From: Synechococcales cyanobacterium VAR_4_metabat_354
Lineage (GTDB): Bacteria > Cyanobacteriota > Cyanobacteriia > Cyanobacteriales > Chamaesiphonaceae
Direction of reading: 5' to 3'
DNA length: 64,000 nucleotides
Assembly (NCBI GenBank): GCA_031414775.1
Contig: JANOQI010000046.1
Span: forward strand, 32,001 to 96,000
Position numbers and translations under genes: made by a program. The stretch's first letter is position 1, and each line of letters opens with the position of its first letter. Positions 19,294 to 29,655 of the stretch are shown here, in pieces. The notes under the pieces were generated by a model. It searched no databases. It was not told the origin of the DNA and saw nothing but the letters and a program-made list of their open reading frames with translations.

Positions 19294-22200
19294 ATGAATC
19301 CTGACTCACCAGCTCAGCAACCGATCTTTGAATCTAGCGAAATCGACACCATGTCGCAAGACTTTAATGAATTGCCATCTACGATAGCAGGTGAGGCTCC
19401 CTTTCCGGTGGTCGGTGTCGCTGCTTCCGCTGGCGGCTTAGAAGCATTTACGCAGCTACTGAGTCATCTGCCGATCGATACTGGTATGGCCTTTGTCCTG
19501 ATTCAGCATCTAGCACCTGATCGCGAGAGTTTATTAACTGAGATTCTAGCTAGGTCAACCACCATGCCGGTGCGCGAAGTAGAGAACGGCATAGCAGTTG
19601 AGCCAAATCAGGTCTATGTGATTCCACCCAACACCAAAATGATTTTGCTGAAGGGCATCCTCCAACTATCGCCCCGGGAGAAGATGTTTGGTAAATATAT
19701 GCCTGGTGATGCTTTTTTTATCTCTCTAGCGGCTGATCGCGGGCACCAATCGATCGCCGTGGTTTTGTCGGGAGCCGATGGCGATGGCTCACTCGGACTC
19801 AAGGCCATCAAAGCAGCTGGCGGCATGACTTTTGCCCAGTGTGAAGACACCGCCAAATTTGATAGTATGCCCAACGCCGCTATTGCCACTGGGAATGTTG
19901 ATTTTGTGCTGTCGCCTGCCCAAATTGCCGAAGAACTGGGCAACCTCAGTCGCAATCCGCTCTGGACTTGCCCACTGCCCTTGATTTCAACCATGGAATC
20001 TTTAGCACTACCCAACGCCTTGACAACGATTTTGGGGTTGCTGAAATCGACCACGGGCGTGGACTTTAGTAGCTACAAGCCCAAAACGCTCCATCGGCGG
20101 ATTCAGCGCCGCATGTTGTTACGTAAGCTTGCCCAGTTGAAGGACTATGCTAGCTATTTACAAACACATCCGGCAGAAGTTAAGGCACTATATGAAGAAA
20201 TCCTGATCCATGTCACCAGCTTTTTTCGCGATCCGGCAGCCTTTGAATTGCTCAAGATACAAGTCTTCCATACCATTACCCAAAATAAGTCGGCAGAGTT
20301 TCCGATTCGGATCTGGGTGGCAGGCTGTTCTACGGGTGAAGAGGTTTATTCGATCGCGATTTGTCTGCTGGAGTTTTTGGCCGATCGAGTTACTCAACCA
20401 CCCATCCAGATTTTTGCCACCGATATTAGTGAGTTAGCGATCGATAAAGCTCGGTCGGGCATTTATGCCGAAAATCAAATGGTGGGGGTCTCGCCAGAGC
20501 GTCGCCGCCGCTTCTTTTATGCGATTGAGGGCGGCAATTACCACATTAGTAAGGTGGTACGCGAACTCTGTGTGTTTGCCCGTCAAGATTTGGGCAGCGA
20601 TCCACCTTTTTCCAATGTCGATTTAATTAGCTGCCGCAACGTGCTGATTTATTTGGGTGATTCGCTGCAAAAGCGGATTATGCCGATCTTTCACTATAGC
20701 CTCAACCCAACTGGCTTTTTGCTGCTGGGCACCTCCGAAAGTACCGGTAAATTTTCAGATTTATTTAGATTAGTTGATAAAAAATACCGGATTTATGCCA
20801 AGCAGCCCACCGCCACTCGACCCACGTTTTCGTTTATGCCTAGCAGCTACTCCATCATCAATGGGAGTAGTAGCATCAGTGCCGCTTTGGCTGGTGAACC
20901 GCTGATGCGGCTGGCCACCGAAGAATTTGACTTGCAAAAAAAAGTCGATCAAATAATTGCTAACCACTATACACCAGTCGGCGTTGTGGTTGACGACAAA
21001 ATGCAGGTGTTGCAAGTGCGGGGGGATATCGATCGCTACCTTAAATTGGTAGCAGGAATGGCGAATTTCAACCTATTCAACTTAGTGCGATCGGAATTAC
21101 TGGCCGAGTTGCGAACCGCCGTCTATCAGGCTCAACGCAGCAATCTACCAGTAACCAAAAATGGATTACGGTTAGAAGAAAGCCCCTCTCTTGCCCTGGG
21201 GGAAAGATCCAGCATTATTAATCTCCAGGTGATTCCTTTTAACGTTCCAAATGCTAAAGAACGGTGCTTTTTAGTACTGTTTGAAGAATCTACTGCTATA
21301 AGCAGTAGCTCTTTCCCTGTCGATGCGACGACTCTTCCCGGCGATTTGGAGCAGGAAAATATGCGACTGCGCCAGGAACTGGCTGCGGCTAATCAGGAAA
21401 AGATGGCGACTCAAGAGTATTTACAGGCCATAATTCAAGAGCACGAGAATGGCAATCAAGACCTCAAAGTTGCCAATGAAGAAATTTTATCCAGTAATGA
21501 AGAACTACAAAGTACCAATGAAGAGTTAGAAACTGCCAAAGAAGAAATTCAGGCCACTAATGAAGAACTCAATACCATTAATGAAGAACTGCGTCGTCGC
21601 AATTTAGAACTAGCTCAGGTCAACAATGACCTCACTAATTTCTTAGCTAGCATCAATATCCCCGTCTTGATGTTGACTAACGACCTCCGCATTCGACGGT
21701 TTACCCCGACAGCGCAGCGGTTATTCAACTTTATCCCCACTGATACCGGCAGACCGCTCAGTGACATTAGAACCAATCTCCAGATTCCAGGCTTAGAAAC
21801 GTTGATTGCCGAAGTACTAGAGTCTCTCAGCGTCAAAGAGCTAGATGTCCAAACCCAAGATGGCTATTGGTATACGCTCCGCATCCGTCCCTACCGCACC
21901 ACCGAAAACCAGATCGATGGCGTAGTGCTGGTATTAATGGATATTGACTCTCTGAAGCGCAGTGTTGCCAGCGTCGAAGCCGCCCGGAATTATGCCGAAG
22001 CGATTGTCACCACGGTACAAGTGCCCCTCATTGTGCTGGAATCTGATTTCCGCGTAAATACCGCCAATCGCTCGTTCTGTAAAACCTTCCAGGTTTCCCC
22101 CAGCGAAACAGCTCGATCGCTGATTTTCGATCTGGGTAATGGTCAATGGAATATTCCAGGACTACGGTCACTGTTGGAAGATATTTTGGCTAACAATACA

Positions 22201-23553
22201 ATCTTGCAAAACTTTGAGGTTCAGCATCAATTTGAGCGAATTGGCCAAAAAAACATGCTGCTGAATGCTTGGAAGATTATTGACGGCGGCGATACCCCCC
22301 GAATATTGTTGTCGATCGAAGACATTACCGAGCGCCGACAGTTTGAAATTCAGCGGACACAGCTACTCACCCAGGAGCGATTAGCTCGTCAGCAAGCCGA
22401 GACTGCTAATCGAACGAAAGATGATTTTCTGTCTAACCTGTCCCATGAACTACGCAACCCACTAACTGCGATCATTGGTTGGGCGCAGTTACTCCAGACT
22501 CATAAATTAGACCAGGCGCTGATCGATCGCGGTTTAACAATCATCTATCGCAGTGCCAAGGCTCAATCTCAGCTCATTGAAGACATGCTGGATCTCTCCC
22601 GGATTGCCAGCGGTAAATTACAGCTCACCCCACTACGAATCGATTTAGCCTCAGTCATAGAAGCAGCGGTCGATTCTGTCAAACTTTCTGCTGATGCTAA
22701 ATCGATTCAAATTGTTTCCCAGCTGACCCCCACCACGATGATGGGAGATGTCGATCGATTACAGCAAGTGCTGTGGAATTTGCTTTCTAATGCCATTAAG
22801 TTCACGCCCACGGGCGGACGGGTGGACATCACCTTAGCAGCGGTGCAGACTAACGCCGAGATTCGAGTCAGCGATAATGGACAAGGCATCTGGGCAGAGC
22901 TGTTACCCTACGTGTTCGATCGCTTTCGGCAAGGAGATTCCAGCACCACTAAAACCAGTCAGGGCTTAGGATTGGGTTTATCGATCGTCCGGCACATTGT
23001 CGAACTGCACGGTGGCACCGTGCGCGCCGCAAGCCCCGGCGAAGGACAGGGCACTACCATCATCTTGCAGTTTCCCTTAGCAGTTAATCGATCGAGTGAT
23101 TTAAAACCCGCCGTGGTAAAGCCGCTAAAGATTGTAAATCCGGACGTTTCTTCTCTGGAAGGCTTACATATTCTGGCAGTTGATGATGAGGTAGATATCC
23201 TCGACCTGATCAAGTACATTTTGGAAAGTGTGGGCGCCACAGTAACTACTGTCGTTTCTGCAAAGCAAGCGATGACGACTCTACTAGCATCTCCAGGCAA
23301 ATATGATGCCCTCTTAGCTGATATTGGAATGCCCGACGAAGATGGCTTCACCTTGATTCATCAAGTAAGAGCATTGGAGCCTGAGACTGGCGGCCAGATA
23401 CCAGCAGCAGCAATTACGGCGTATATTGGCGACAGAGAAAAGCAACTAGCAATCAATGCTGGGTTCCAAATACACCTAGCCAAACCCATTGAATCAGCTC
23501 AGCTGCTCCGATTGGTGGCACAATTGACTGGGCGACTACCAGAAAGTAAATAA
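19294..23553 (+). CDS. CheB methylesterase-CheR methyltransferase-coiled coil-PAS-histidine kinase-REC fusion
   Basis: ASAGGLEA/QHL/DG (CheB); IWVAGCSTGEEVYS and DLISCRNVLIY (CheR); NEEL heptads; PAS; SHELRNPL; NLLSNAIKFT; C-terminal REC (DIGMP). Confidence 0.93.
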   Translation: MNPDSPAQQPIFESSEIDTMSQDFNELPSTIAGEAPFPVVGVAASAGGLEAFTQLLSHLPIDTGMAFVLIQHLAPDRESLLTEILARSTTMPVREVENGIAVEPNQVYVIPPNTKMILLKGILQLSPREKMFGKYMPGDAFFISLAADRGHQSIAVVLSGADGDGSLGLKAIKAAGGMTFAQCEDTAKFDSMPNAAIATGNVDFVLSPAQIAEELGNLSRNPLWTCPLPLISTMESLALPNALTTILGLLKSTTGVDFSSYKPKTLHRRIQRRMLLRKLAQLKDYASYLQTHPAEVKALYEEILIHVTSFFRDPAAFELLKIQVFHTITQNKSAEFPIRIWVAGCSTGEEVYSIAICLLEFLADRVTQPPIQIFATDISELAIDKARSGIYAENQMVGVSPERRRRFFYAIEGGNYHISKVVRELCVFARQDLGSDPPFSNVDLISCRNVLIYLGDSLQKRIMPIFHYSLNPTGFLLLGTSESTGKFSDLFRLVDKKYRIYAKQPTATRPTFSFMPSSYSIINGSSSISAALAGEPLMRLATEEFDLQKKVDQIIANHYTPVGVVVDDKMQVLQVRGDIDRYLKLVAGMANFNLFNLVRSELLAELRTAVYQAQRSNLPVTKNGLRLEESPSLALGERSSIINLQVIPFNVPNAKERCFLVLFEESTAISSSSFPVDATTLPGDLEQENMRLRQELAAANQEKMATQEYLQAIIQEHENGNQDLKVANEEILSSNEELQSTNEELETAKEEIQATNEELNTINEELRRRNLELAQVNNDLTNFLASINIPVLMLTNDLRIRRFTPTAQRLFNFIPTDTGRPLSDIRTNLQIPGLETLIAEVLESLSVKELDVQTQDGYWYTLRIRPYRTTENQIDGVVLVLMDIDSLKRSVASVEAARNYAEAIVTTVQVPLIVLESDFRVNTANRSFCKTFQVSPSETARSLIFDLGNGQWNIPGLRSLLEDILANNTILQNFEVQHQFERIGQKNMLLNAWKIIDGGDTPRILLSIEDITERRQFEIQRTQLLTQERLARQQAETANRTKDDFLSNLSHELRNPLTAIIGWAQLLQTHKLDQALIDRGLTIIYRSAKAQSQLIEDMLDLSRIASGKLQLTPLRIDLASVIEAAVDSVKLSADAKSIQIVSQLTPTTMMGDVDRLQQVLWNLLSNAIKFTPTGGRVDITLAAVQTNAEIRVSDNGQGIWAELLPYVFDRFRQGDSSTTKTSQGLGLGLSIVRHIVELHGGTVRAASPGEGQGTTIILQFPLAVNRSSDLKPAVVKPLKIVNPDVSSLEGLHILAVDDEVDILDLIKYILESVGATVTTVVSAKQAMTTLLASPGKYDALLADIGMPDEDGFTLIHQVRALEPETGGQIPAAAITAYIGDREKQLAINAGFQIHLAKPIESAQLLRLVAQLTGRLPESK

Positions 23554-23615
23554 TAAGGAATCTTCTGATTCTTAAAGGGTCATCAAACTCTCTAACCAAT
23601 GTTGTCGTTGTAAAG

Positions 23616-25385
23616 CTATATAGTTGCTGCTGGCCAGGTAAATGAAAATTCACTACCTTTTCCGACCTCTGATGTAACCCAGACCGCACCACCCCGACTT
23701 TCTACAATTTTTTTGACGATCGATAAACCAATTCCTGTTCCTTTGGGATCATCACGCCCTACTAAGGTTTGAAAAATGCCAAAGATCTTTTGATGATTTT
23801 CTGGCGCAATCCCTGGTCCATCGTCAATTACGGTAAATTGCCAAAAAGGTGATTGATCGATCACTTTAATTTCCACTTGGCCATGCGGATGCTGGTGGTA
23901 CTTAATGGCGTTACCAATCAGGTTGGCCAGAACTTGCTTCAGAAGCATAACTGGAGTTGTGATTGTCGGTAAATCAGCTGGAAATTTAATCTGAAACTCA
24001 GCAGGCGGTGCTAGCATATCAACTATCTCGGCTAATAGTTGGCTGATATTTACGGGTACGGAGTCGGTATGTTCTCTGCCCACTAACGCATACTGAAGTA
24101 AACCATTAATCAGTGCATTCATTTGCACTACCCGCGACTGGATTAGTTCTAGCTGGTGTTGATTTTCGGCCGGCAGTTGCCCTTCTAAATCTTGCACCAA
24201 CCAATCGGCCAGATTGGAAATGCCCCGCAACGGGGCTTTGAGATCGTGAGAGGCAATATGCGAAAAATCATCTAATGCTTGGTTGCGCTCTTCTAATAAA
24301 CCGGTGGCTTGCGATAGCAGTAAATTACTCTGTTCAATTTCTTCTAACTGATCGCGCAGTTGATATTCGATTACTTTCTGATTTTCGAGGGTGGCTTGCA
24401 GGTCTGATAATAACTCCGCCTGCTGAATCGCAATCGCAATTTGTAACGATAGTTCATCGAGTAAATTCAGCTCACCCCTTTCCCATTCATGCACTTTTTT
24501 ACAGTGATGAGCAATTAGTAAGCCCCACAACCTCGGTGGACTAAATGGGAGGATGTCTCGGCAGAGAATCGGGACGACTAATACGGCCTTAACCTGAAAC
24601 TGCCGATGCATTTGCACTTGCCAGTCGAGCGGATTAGCAAGTTCAACATTGGAGATCACCAGACTATGACCCTGTAAATAACTGGCGACCTGAGTTGCTT
24701 GCTCGTGCGGTGAGTGATTATTCCCAATCCAACTACCCAGGGCTGGCAGACAATCAGGCAAGACAGATTCAGCAATAATAGTGCCACTTAAATCATGGCC
24801 AGTGCGGTAAATTAGAGTCCGATCGCAGTTTAAAATTTCCCGAGCACCCTCTACCGCCGCTTGGAGAATGCTCGGTAGCTCAACGGCATGGCTAATTTTG
24901 AGAGCAATGGTCGCAAACAACTCTCGTTGTTGGCGCTGTTGCTCGATCTGAGTTTGCAAATTTCGTTCAGTTAGAACATTACTCACGGTGTTTACTAACT
25001 TTTGAGCAGTAAGATACCTTTTAACGAGATAATCTTTTACGCCATATTTCATAACCTCCACCGCCACCGTTTCATTACCTTGGCCAGTCAGCATAATTAC
25101 CAGCGGTAAAGTCCCGGACTGCTTAACTAGATCTCGGAGAAAGTCTAGCCCATCTGCATCAGGAAGTAAGTAGTCTAACAAAATGATATCAGGATGATCT
25201 CGATCGCAAACCTGAAGGGCATCTTCTGCTGATTCGCACTCTAAGATATGACAGCCCAAGTTAGGGGCAGATTCTAAATAGCGACGGTAAGTAGACCTGT
25301 CGATCTCCGAGTCGTCCACTATCAAGATCAGGCAGTCGGACAGCAGTACATTGTCACAAAGTCTAGGTTGGCTAGTGAAAGTCAT
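23616..25385 (-). CDS. Hybrid sensor kinase REC-GAF-HisKA-HATPase
   Basis: ILIVDDS/DYLLPD REC; GAF (CDRTLIYR...VKAVLVVPIL...LWGLLIAHHC); SHDLKAPLR; GTGIGLSIV. Start set at ATG 25385. Confidence 0.9.
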   Translation of the reverse strand: MTFTSQPRLCDNVLLSDCLILIVDDSEIDRSTYRRYLESAPNLGCHILECESAEDALQVCDRDHPDIILLDYLLPDADGLDFLRDLVKQSGTLPLVIMLTGQGNETVAVEVMKYGVKDYLVKRYLTAQKLVNTVSNVLTERNLQTQIEQQRQQRELFATIALKISHAVELPSILQAAVEGAREILNCDRTLIYRTGHDLSGTIIAESVLPDCLPALGSWIGNNHSPHEQATQVASYLQGHSLVISNVELANPLDWQVQMHRQFQVKAVLVVPILCRDILPFSPPRLWGLLIAHHCKKVHEWERGELNLLDELSLQIAIAIQQAELLSDLQATLENQKVIEYQLRDQLEEIEQSNLLLSQATGLLEERNQALDDFSHIASHDLKAPLRGISNLADWLVQDLEGQLPAENQHQLELIQSRVVQMNALINGLLQYALVGREHTDSVPVNISQLLAEIVDMLAPPAEFQIKFPADLPTITTPVMLLKQVLANLIGNAIKYHQHPHGQVEIKVIDQSPFWQFTVIDDGPGIAPENHQKIFGIFQTLVGRDDPKGTGIGLSIVKKIVESRGGAVWVTSEVGKGSEFSFTWPAATI

Positions 25386-25516
25386 ATTTAGAAAAGAGTA
25401 AATGCAGTCTGCTTGATCATTATCACCATACATTTTGTACATATGGGTTATTCGTCATGATGTTTTTCGATTCTCGATCAGCAATAGTGCAAAACAACTA
25501 GGCTGATCGGCTAGCT

Positions 25517-26068
25517 TCACCGTTTTAACAGGTGGCGATTCGCCCCTGAAGAAACGCTGCTCACATCAGAGACCGGCAAAATTATGGCTTTGAACCAGTA
25601 ATCTAGCAGCATCTGCATTGATTCTTTCAGCTCATTAATGTTCATTGGTTTTAGCATGTAGCTATTAGCGCCTGCCTGATAACAAGCTGCGATATCTTTG
25701 GGATTGGAGGAAGTACTAAGTATCACTACTGGAATTGTTTTGAGAGCTTCACTCTGTTTAATAGTTGTTAGTACCTCGCGGCCATCTGTCCCCGGCAGAT
25801 TGAGGTCTAAGATAATCAGATCGGGGTATGGCATATCACTAACATCGCTATATTTCCCTGCTCGATCTAGGCAATCCAAAGCATCATCACCATCAATACA
25901 GCGGTGGATAGCTAGTGGCAAAGAATTATACTGGCGGCTAACCTCGATGCCGCTGCGTATCAAAATCCGCTCCCGAGGAAAATCAATAATGCGGCTCAAC
26001 GCTTCAAAGTCTTCGTCACTATCTTCCACGATTAGTAAACTTAGTCGCTGCTGTTGGTTTCTTGTCAT
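25517..26068 (-). CDS. Rcp-type (phytochrome-associated) single-domain response regulator
   Basis: LLIVEDS, ILDLNLPGTDGREVL, IPVVILSTS, GANSYMLKP and YWF; overlaps the phytochrome stop by 4 nt. Confidence 0.9.
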   Translation of the reverse strand: MTRNQQQRLSLLIVEDSDEDFEALSRIIDFPRERILIRSGIEVSRQYNSLPLAIHRCIDGDDALDCLDRAGKYSDVSDMPYPDLIILDLNLPGTDGREVLTTIKQSEALKTIPVVILSTSSNPKDIAACYQAGANSYMLKPMNINELKESMQMLLDYWFKAIILPVSDVSSVSSGANRHLLKR

Positions 26069-28413
26069 GGCCGTTGCCCCAGAGTGAAGTAGAAAGTACT
26101 GCCTGCGCCGAGAGTAGAGGTTACGGCGATATTTCCCCCATGACGTTCCACAATCTTTTTTGCGATTGTTAGACCAGCACCAGCGCCAGCGCCCCCACCA
26201 TATTTATAAGCGGGGTGTAGTCGCTTGAAAATTTTAAAGATTGTCTCCAAATGTTTAGTACGAATTCCAATTCCGTTATCTCTAACGAAAAAGATAGTCT
26301 GGGCGGGATCAACCTGGAGCGTTTCTGGCAGCTGTGGGTCAATTTCGGTAGGCAAGATGTACCCAATCTCCACCCATTTAGCCGGCCTGTCATTGTATTC
26401 GATCGCATTACTAATCAGGTTGGTAAACAGCTCAATCACCTGCGTTCGATCGCATTGAAAAATCGGTAATGGGCGGGGTATCCGAAAGTCGGCGGCAGCG
26501 GGGCGGCTAATTTCGATGACATCTAGCACACTCTGCACTACTTCACCCAGATCGATCGCCTCAAACAGCAGTTCGGCGCGACCAAACTGGGAATAGTGCA
26601 GCAAAGAATCAATTAAATCTTCCATACGCCGCGTTAGCCGCATCAAAGTATCTAGTTTGCGGGTGCCATCGGCTCCTAATTGCTGGCCATAATCTTCAAT
26701 TAAAAAAGTAGAATAGTTATGGATACCACGTAGTGGTTCTTTGAGATCGTGAGAGGCGATATAAGCAAAAGAATCCAACTCGATGTTGCTGCGCTCCAGT
26801 TCCTTATTTAGTAAGGCTAGTTCATCGGCCTTTTGGAGCACAATCCCAATGATGCGGCTGCGCAGTTCTAGAGCGGCATCAATTTCGTAGGCTTTCCAAG
26901 GCAGCGCAGTGAGCTGGATTGTTTCTTTCCACAGCTCGAAGGATTTTCGGGGCTTGAGCTGGCGATCGACATCCGTTCCATCAGTGCCAGCGGTCTTATG
27001 CGGTTCGCCAGCCCAATCAATAGTTTGAATCACTTCTGGCCGGAACCAGAGCAAATAAGTCTGCTGTACTCGGGCAATTCGCAGCGCTAGCAGCCCGCTT
27101 GCTACATCTTTGTAAGGAGCGAACTGCGGATAGTCTGTCACCAAGGTATTGGTGCTGTAGATGGCATCTTCGCCGATACGTTGGTTAACCCATTCTATTA
27201 AACCGGCAATTGTAGCGGCTGGTGGGGTATTACCAAAAGTTGAAACCTTACTACCTTCACAAAAAATGACACTAGCAGCCCCCAGTAAATCCATCAAATC
27301 GCGCTGGTTTTGATGGAATCCATCACCGAGGGTTTGACAGTTGGCAATGGTATTCACAAACCGTGCTTGGACTGCCTGGAGTTTTATTTTGGAGTCTAAA
27401 TCTTCATTATTGGCTTTCGATGTCACCTCAAACGAAATCACCTGACCCAGAAACTCACAGATCGTGCGGGTCTCGTACGAGAGTCTTTTGGGAGAGCGAT
27501 GATGACAAGCCAGCAGCCCCCATAATTGGTGGTCATGCAACAAAGAAATAGACATGGATGCGCGCACGCCCATGTTTTCTAAATATTCGGTGTGCAGGGG
27601 CGAGACGCTGCGCAGTACGGACAGGCTCAGATCGAGCGGCGCAGACGTAATGGGATTTAGCTCGGGTTCTAAGTAAACTTGATCAGACAAGGCATCTGGG
27701 ATAATGCGGAGCAAACTGAGGCGATAGAGTTCTTTGGCCTGCTGAGGGATATCGTTAGCTGGGTAGTGCAAACCCAAAAACGACCCAGAATCGGTACTTT
27801 TATTTTCGGCAATGACATGGCCGGAACCATCTTTGTGAAAGCGATAAAGCATTACTCGATCGAACCCGGTAATGTTGCGGATGACGGTGACGGCTTGCTG
27901 TGCGACTTCCGTTAGGTTCTGCGTATTTTGCAAATGGTCGAGCGGTGCTTTGACAAATTTATAGAAGTCAAAGAAGCTGACGGCTTGTTGTTCGATCGAT
28001 CGTTCCAGCTCTAAAATAATCACCCGATCAGTCCGATGTACAACCCCTTCAAATGCCTGGGGCTGACCACCCACCGAGAGCATCAGCCGCAGCGGATTAA
28101 CATTTTCAAACTCGGCATTTAAACAATCCCGGATCGTTGAAATCTGCTCTGGCTGCATCAAAATCGAGAGCGGCTGTCCCAGCAAAGCAATAGGTTCCTT
28201 GCCCAGAAAAGCTGCTGAGTTTTGACTGATCTGTAAAATCACCAAATCAGCTTCTGTAAATGTCAGCAGAACACCATGGGATTGAATCGCATTGGAGATG
28301 TGAATCGGTTCTCGATCGCAAGTAGTCAAAGATAAATCGGACTGTGCCAATTCCGGATCGGTAAGATTCGTCATGCGCTCTTTAACTTGCGAGATGATAT
28401 CCAATGAAGTCAT
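26065..28413 (-). CDS. Bacteriophytochrome-type (CphB/AphB-like, biliverdin-binding) PAS-GAF-PHY histidine kinase
   Basis: N-terminal Cys in TCDREPIH; PANDIP motif; GAF LRSVSPLH lacks the Cph1 Cys; PRKSF tongue; SHDLKEPLR. Confidence 0.92.
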   Translation of the reverse strand: MTSLDIISQVKERMTNLTDPELAQSDLSLTTCDREPIHISNAIQSHGVLLTFTEADLVILQISQNSAAFLGKEPIALLGQPLSILMQPEQISTIRDCLNAEFENVNPLRLMLSVGGQPQAFEGVVHRTDRVIILELERSIEQQAVSFFDFYKFVKAPLDHLQNTQNLTEVAQQAVTVIRNITGFDRVMLYRFHKDGSGHVIAENKSTDSGSFLGLHYPANDIPQQAKELYRLSLLRIIPDALSDQVYLEPELNPITSAPLDLSLSVLRSVSPLHTEYLENMGVRASMSISLLHDHQLWGLLACHHRSPKRLSYETRTICEFLGQVISFEVTSKANNEDLDSKIKLQAVQARFVNTIANCQTLGDGFHQNQRDLMDLLGAASVIFCEGSKVSTFGNTPPAATIAGLIEWVNQRIGEDAIYSTNTLVTDYPQFAPYKDVASGLLALRIARVQQTYLLWFRPEVIQTIDWAGEPHKTAGTDGTDVDRQLKPRKSFELWKETIQLTALPWKAYEIDAALELRSRIIGIVLQKADELALLNKELERSNIELDSFAYIASHDLKEPLRGIHNYSTFLIEDYGQQLGADGTRKLDTLMRLTRRMEDLIDSLLHYSQFGRAELLFEAIDLGEVVQSVLDVIEISRPAAADFRIPRPLPIFQCDRTQVIELFTNLISNAIEYNDRPAKWVEIGYILPTEIDPQLPETLQVDPAQTIFFVRDNGIGIRTKHLETIFKIFKRLHPAYKYGGGAGAGAGLTIAKKIVERHGGNIAVTSTLGAGSTFYFTLGQRP

Positions 28414-28553
28414 ACTGACACCTGCTCGATTCTAGTTCCGATGCTGCCTACATTATCGCACTTGCTCGCAACAGCAAGGCCGCAAAGGTTTTGATCTCTA
28501 TCGATCGGCAGAGCTGATGCCTAGAAAATAGTAGTTAAAATCTATCGTTTGGT

Positions 28554-29636
28554 TTATTTCTCTGTTGAAATAATATGAATATCAACATTTTTGAGCAAAC
28601 GCAGGATCTTCTGTGTCAAGGAGCCTTTCCAGAAGATGTGCCAGCGCGATTTCTGACTTTCACCGATAACAATTTGGGTAATTCGATACTGTTGGGCAGT
28701 CTGCGCGATGGCCTTGACCACATGATAGTCTCGTAGATGAATAAACTCACCGCCAAATTCTTGACAGAGCCGTTCGCAGGTGGCAATGTGTAAGCTTTCT
28801 GATTTCGTTAAAAATCGATCTGGATCATTGACAAATAATACATAAAATTGACCGTGCATATATCCGGCAATTCGCGCTCCTCGCCGCAGTAATTGGATGG
28901 AATTGGGATAGGTAGAAACACAAGCTAATACTCGTTCGTGAATGTTGCATGTCGCCTGAGTATTAGGATTGCCATTAAACTGCTCGGTGTCTTCAATATT
29001 ATTGGCGACTTCTCGCAATGCCAACTCCCGCAGAGCTACCAAATGGCGACGCTGAAAAAAATTATTCAGAGATCTGTCGATCTTTTCGGGGGCATAAATC
29101 TTCCCATCGCGGAGTCGTTCTTGCAGGGTTTCTGGAGTGACGTCAACAACGATAACCTCATCAGCAGTTTCCAATATTCGATCGGGAATTCTTTCTCTGA
29201 CTACAATGCCAGTTAGTTGGGCAACTATATCATTTAAGCTTTCGAGATGTTGGATATTGACAGTGGAATAAACATCAATACCGGCGGCTAAAATGTATTC
29301 GACATCCTGATAACGTTTTTCTCGCTCGGAGCCAGGAATATTGGTATGTGCTAACTCGTCAATTAACACTAATTGCGGTTGACGATCAAGGATGGCGGCA
29401 ACATCCATCTCGGTAAGAGTGACATTTTGCCAGGTAATTTGCTGGCGGAGAATTTGCTCCAATCCGATCGCTTTAGCGGCTGTTTCGTCTCGGTTGTGCG
29501 TCTCCAGCAAACCGATCACCACGTCAATTCCTTCGGCACGCAGTTGATGTCCTTCTTCTAACATCCGGTAGGTTTTACCGACACCAGGACTCATGCCGAT
29601 AAAAATTTTGTGTTTGCCACGCCGATAGGTTTCCAT
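28554..29636 (-). CDS. kdpD: KdpD N-terminal fragment (KdpD + Usp domains, no transmitter)
   Basis: GMSPGVGKTYRML, LIDELAHTN, TVNIQHLESLND and ALRELALR; ends after the Usp domain. Confidence 0.92.
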   Translation of the reverse strand: METYRRGKHKIFIGMSPGVGKTYRMLEEGHQLRAEGIDVVIGLLETHNRDETAAKAIGLEQILRQQITWQNVTLTEMDVAAILDRQPQLVLIDELAHTNIPGSEREKRYQDVEYILAAGIDVYSTVNIQHLESLNDIVAQLTGIVVRERIPDRILETADEVIVVDVTPETLQERLRDGKIYAPEKIDRSLNNFFQRRHLVALRELALREVANNIEDTEQFNGNPNTQATCNIHERVLACVSTYPNSIQLLRRGARIAGYMHGQFYVLFVNDPDRFLTKSESLHIATCERLCQEFGGEFIHLRDYHVVKAIAQTAQQYRITQIVIGESQKSRWHIFWKGSLTQKILRLLKNVDIHIISTEK

Positions 29637-29655
29637 TGATATCGCAGTTGTGTAG

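Noticed and set aside
21181..21206. REP-like CCCCTCTC...GGGGGAAAG in-frame insert in the CheBR kinase
   Set aside because: Too short and degenerate to support without an ortholog alignment.
23616..25385. Cyanobacteriochrome photoreceptor call
   Set aside because: The GAF lacks both the CH and DxCF cysteines.
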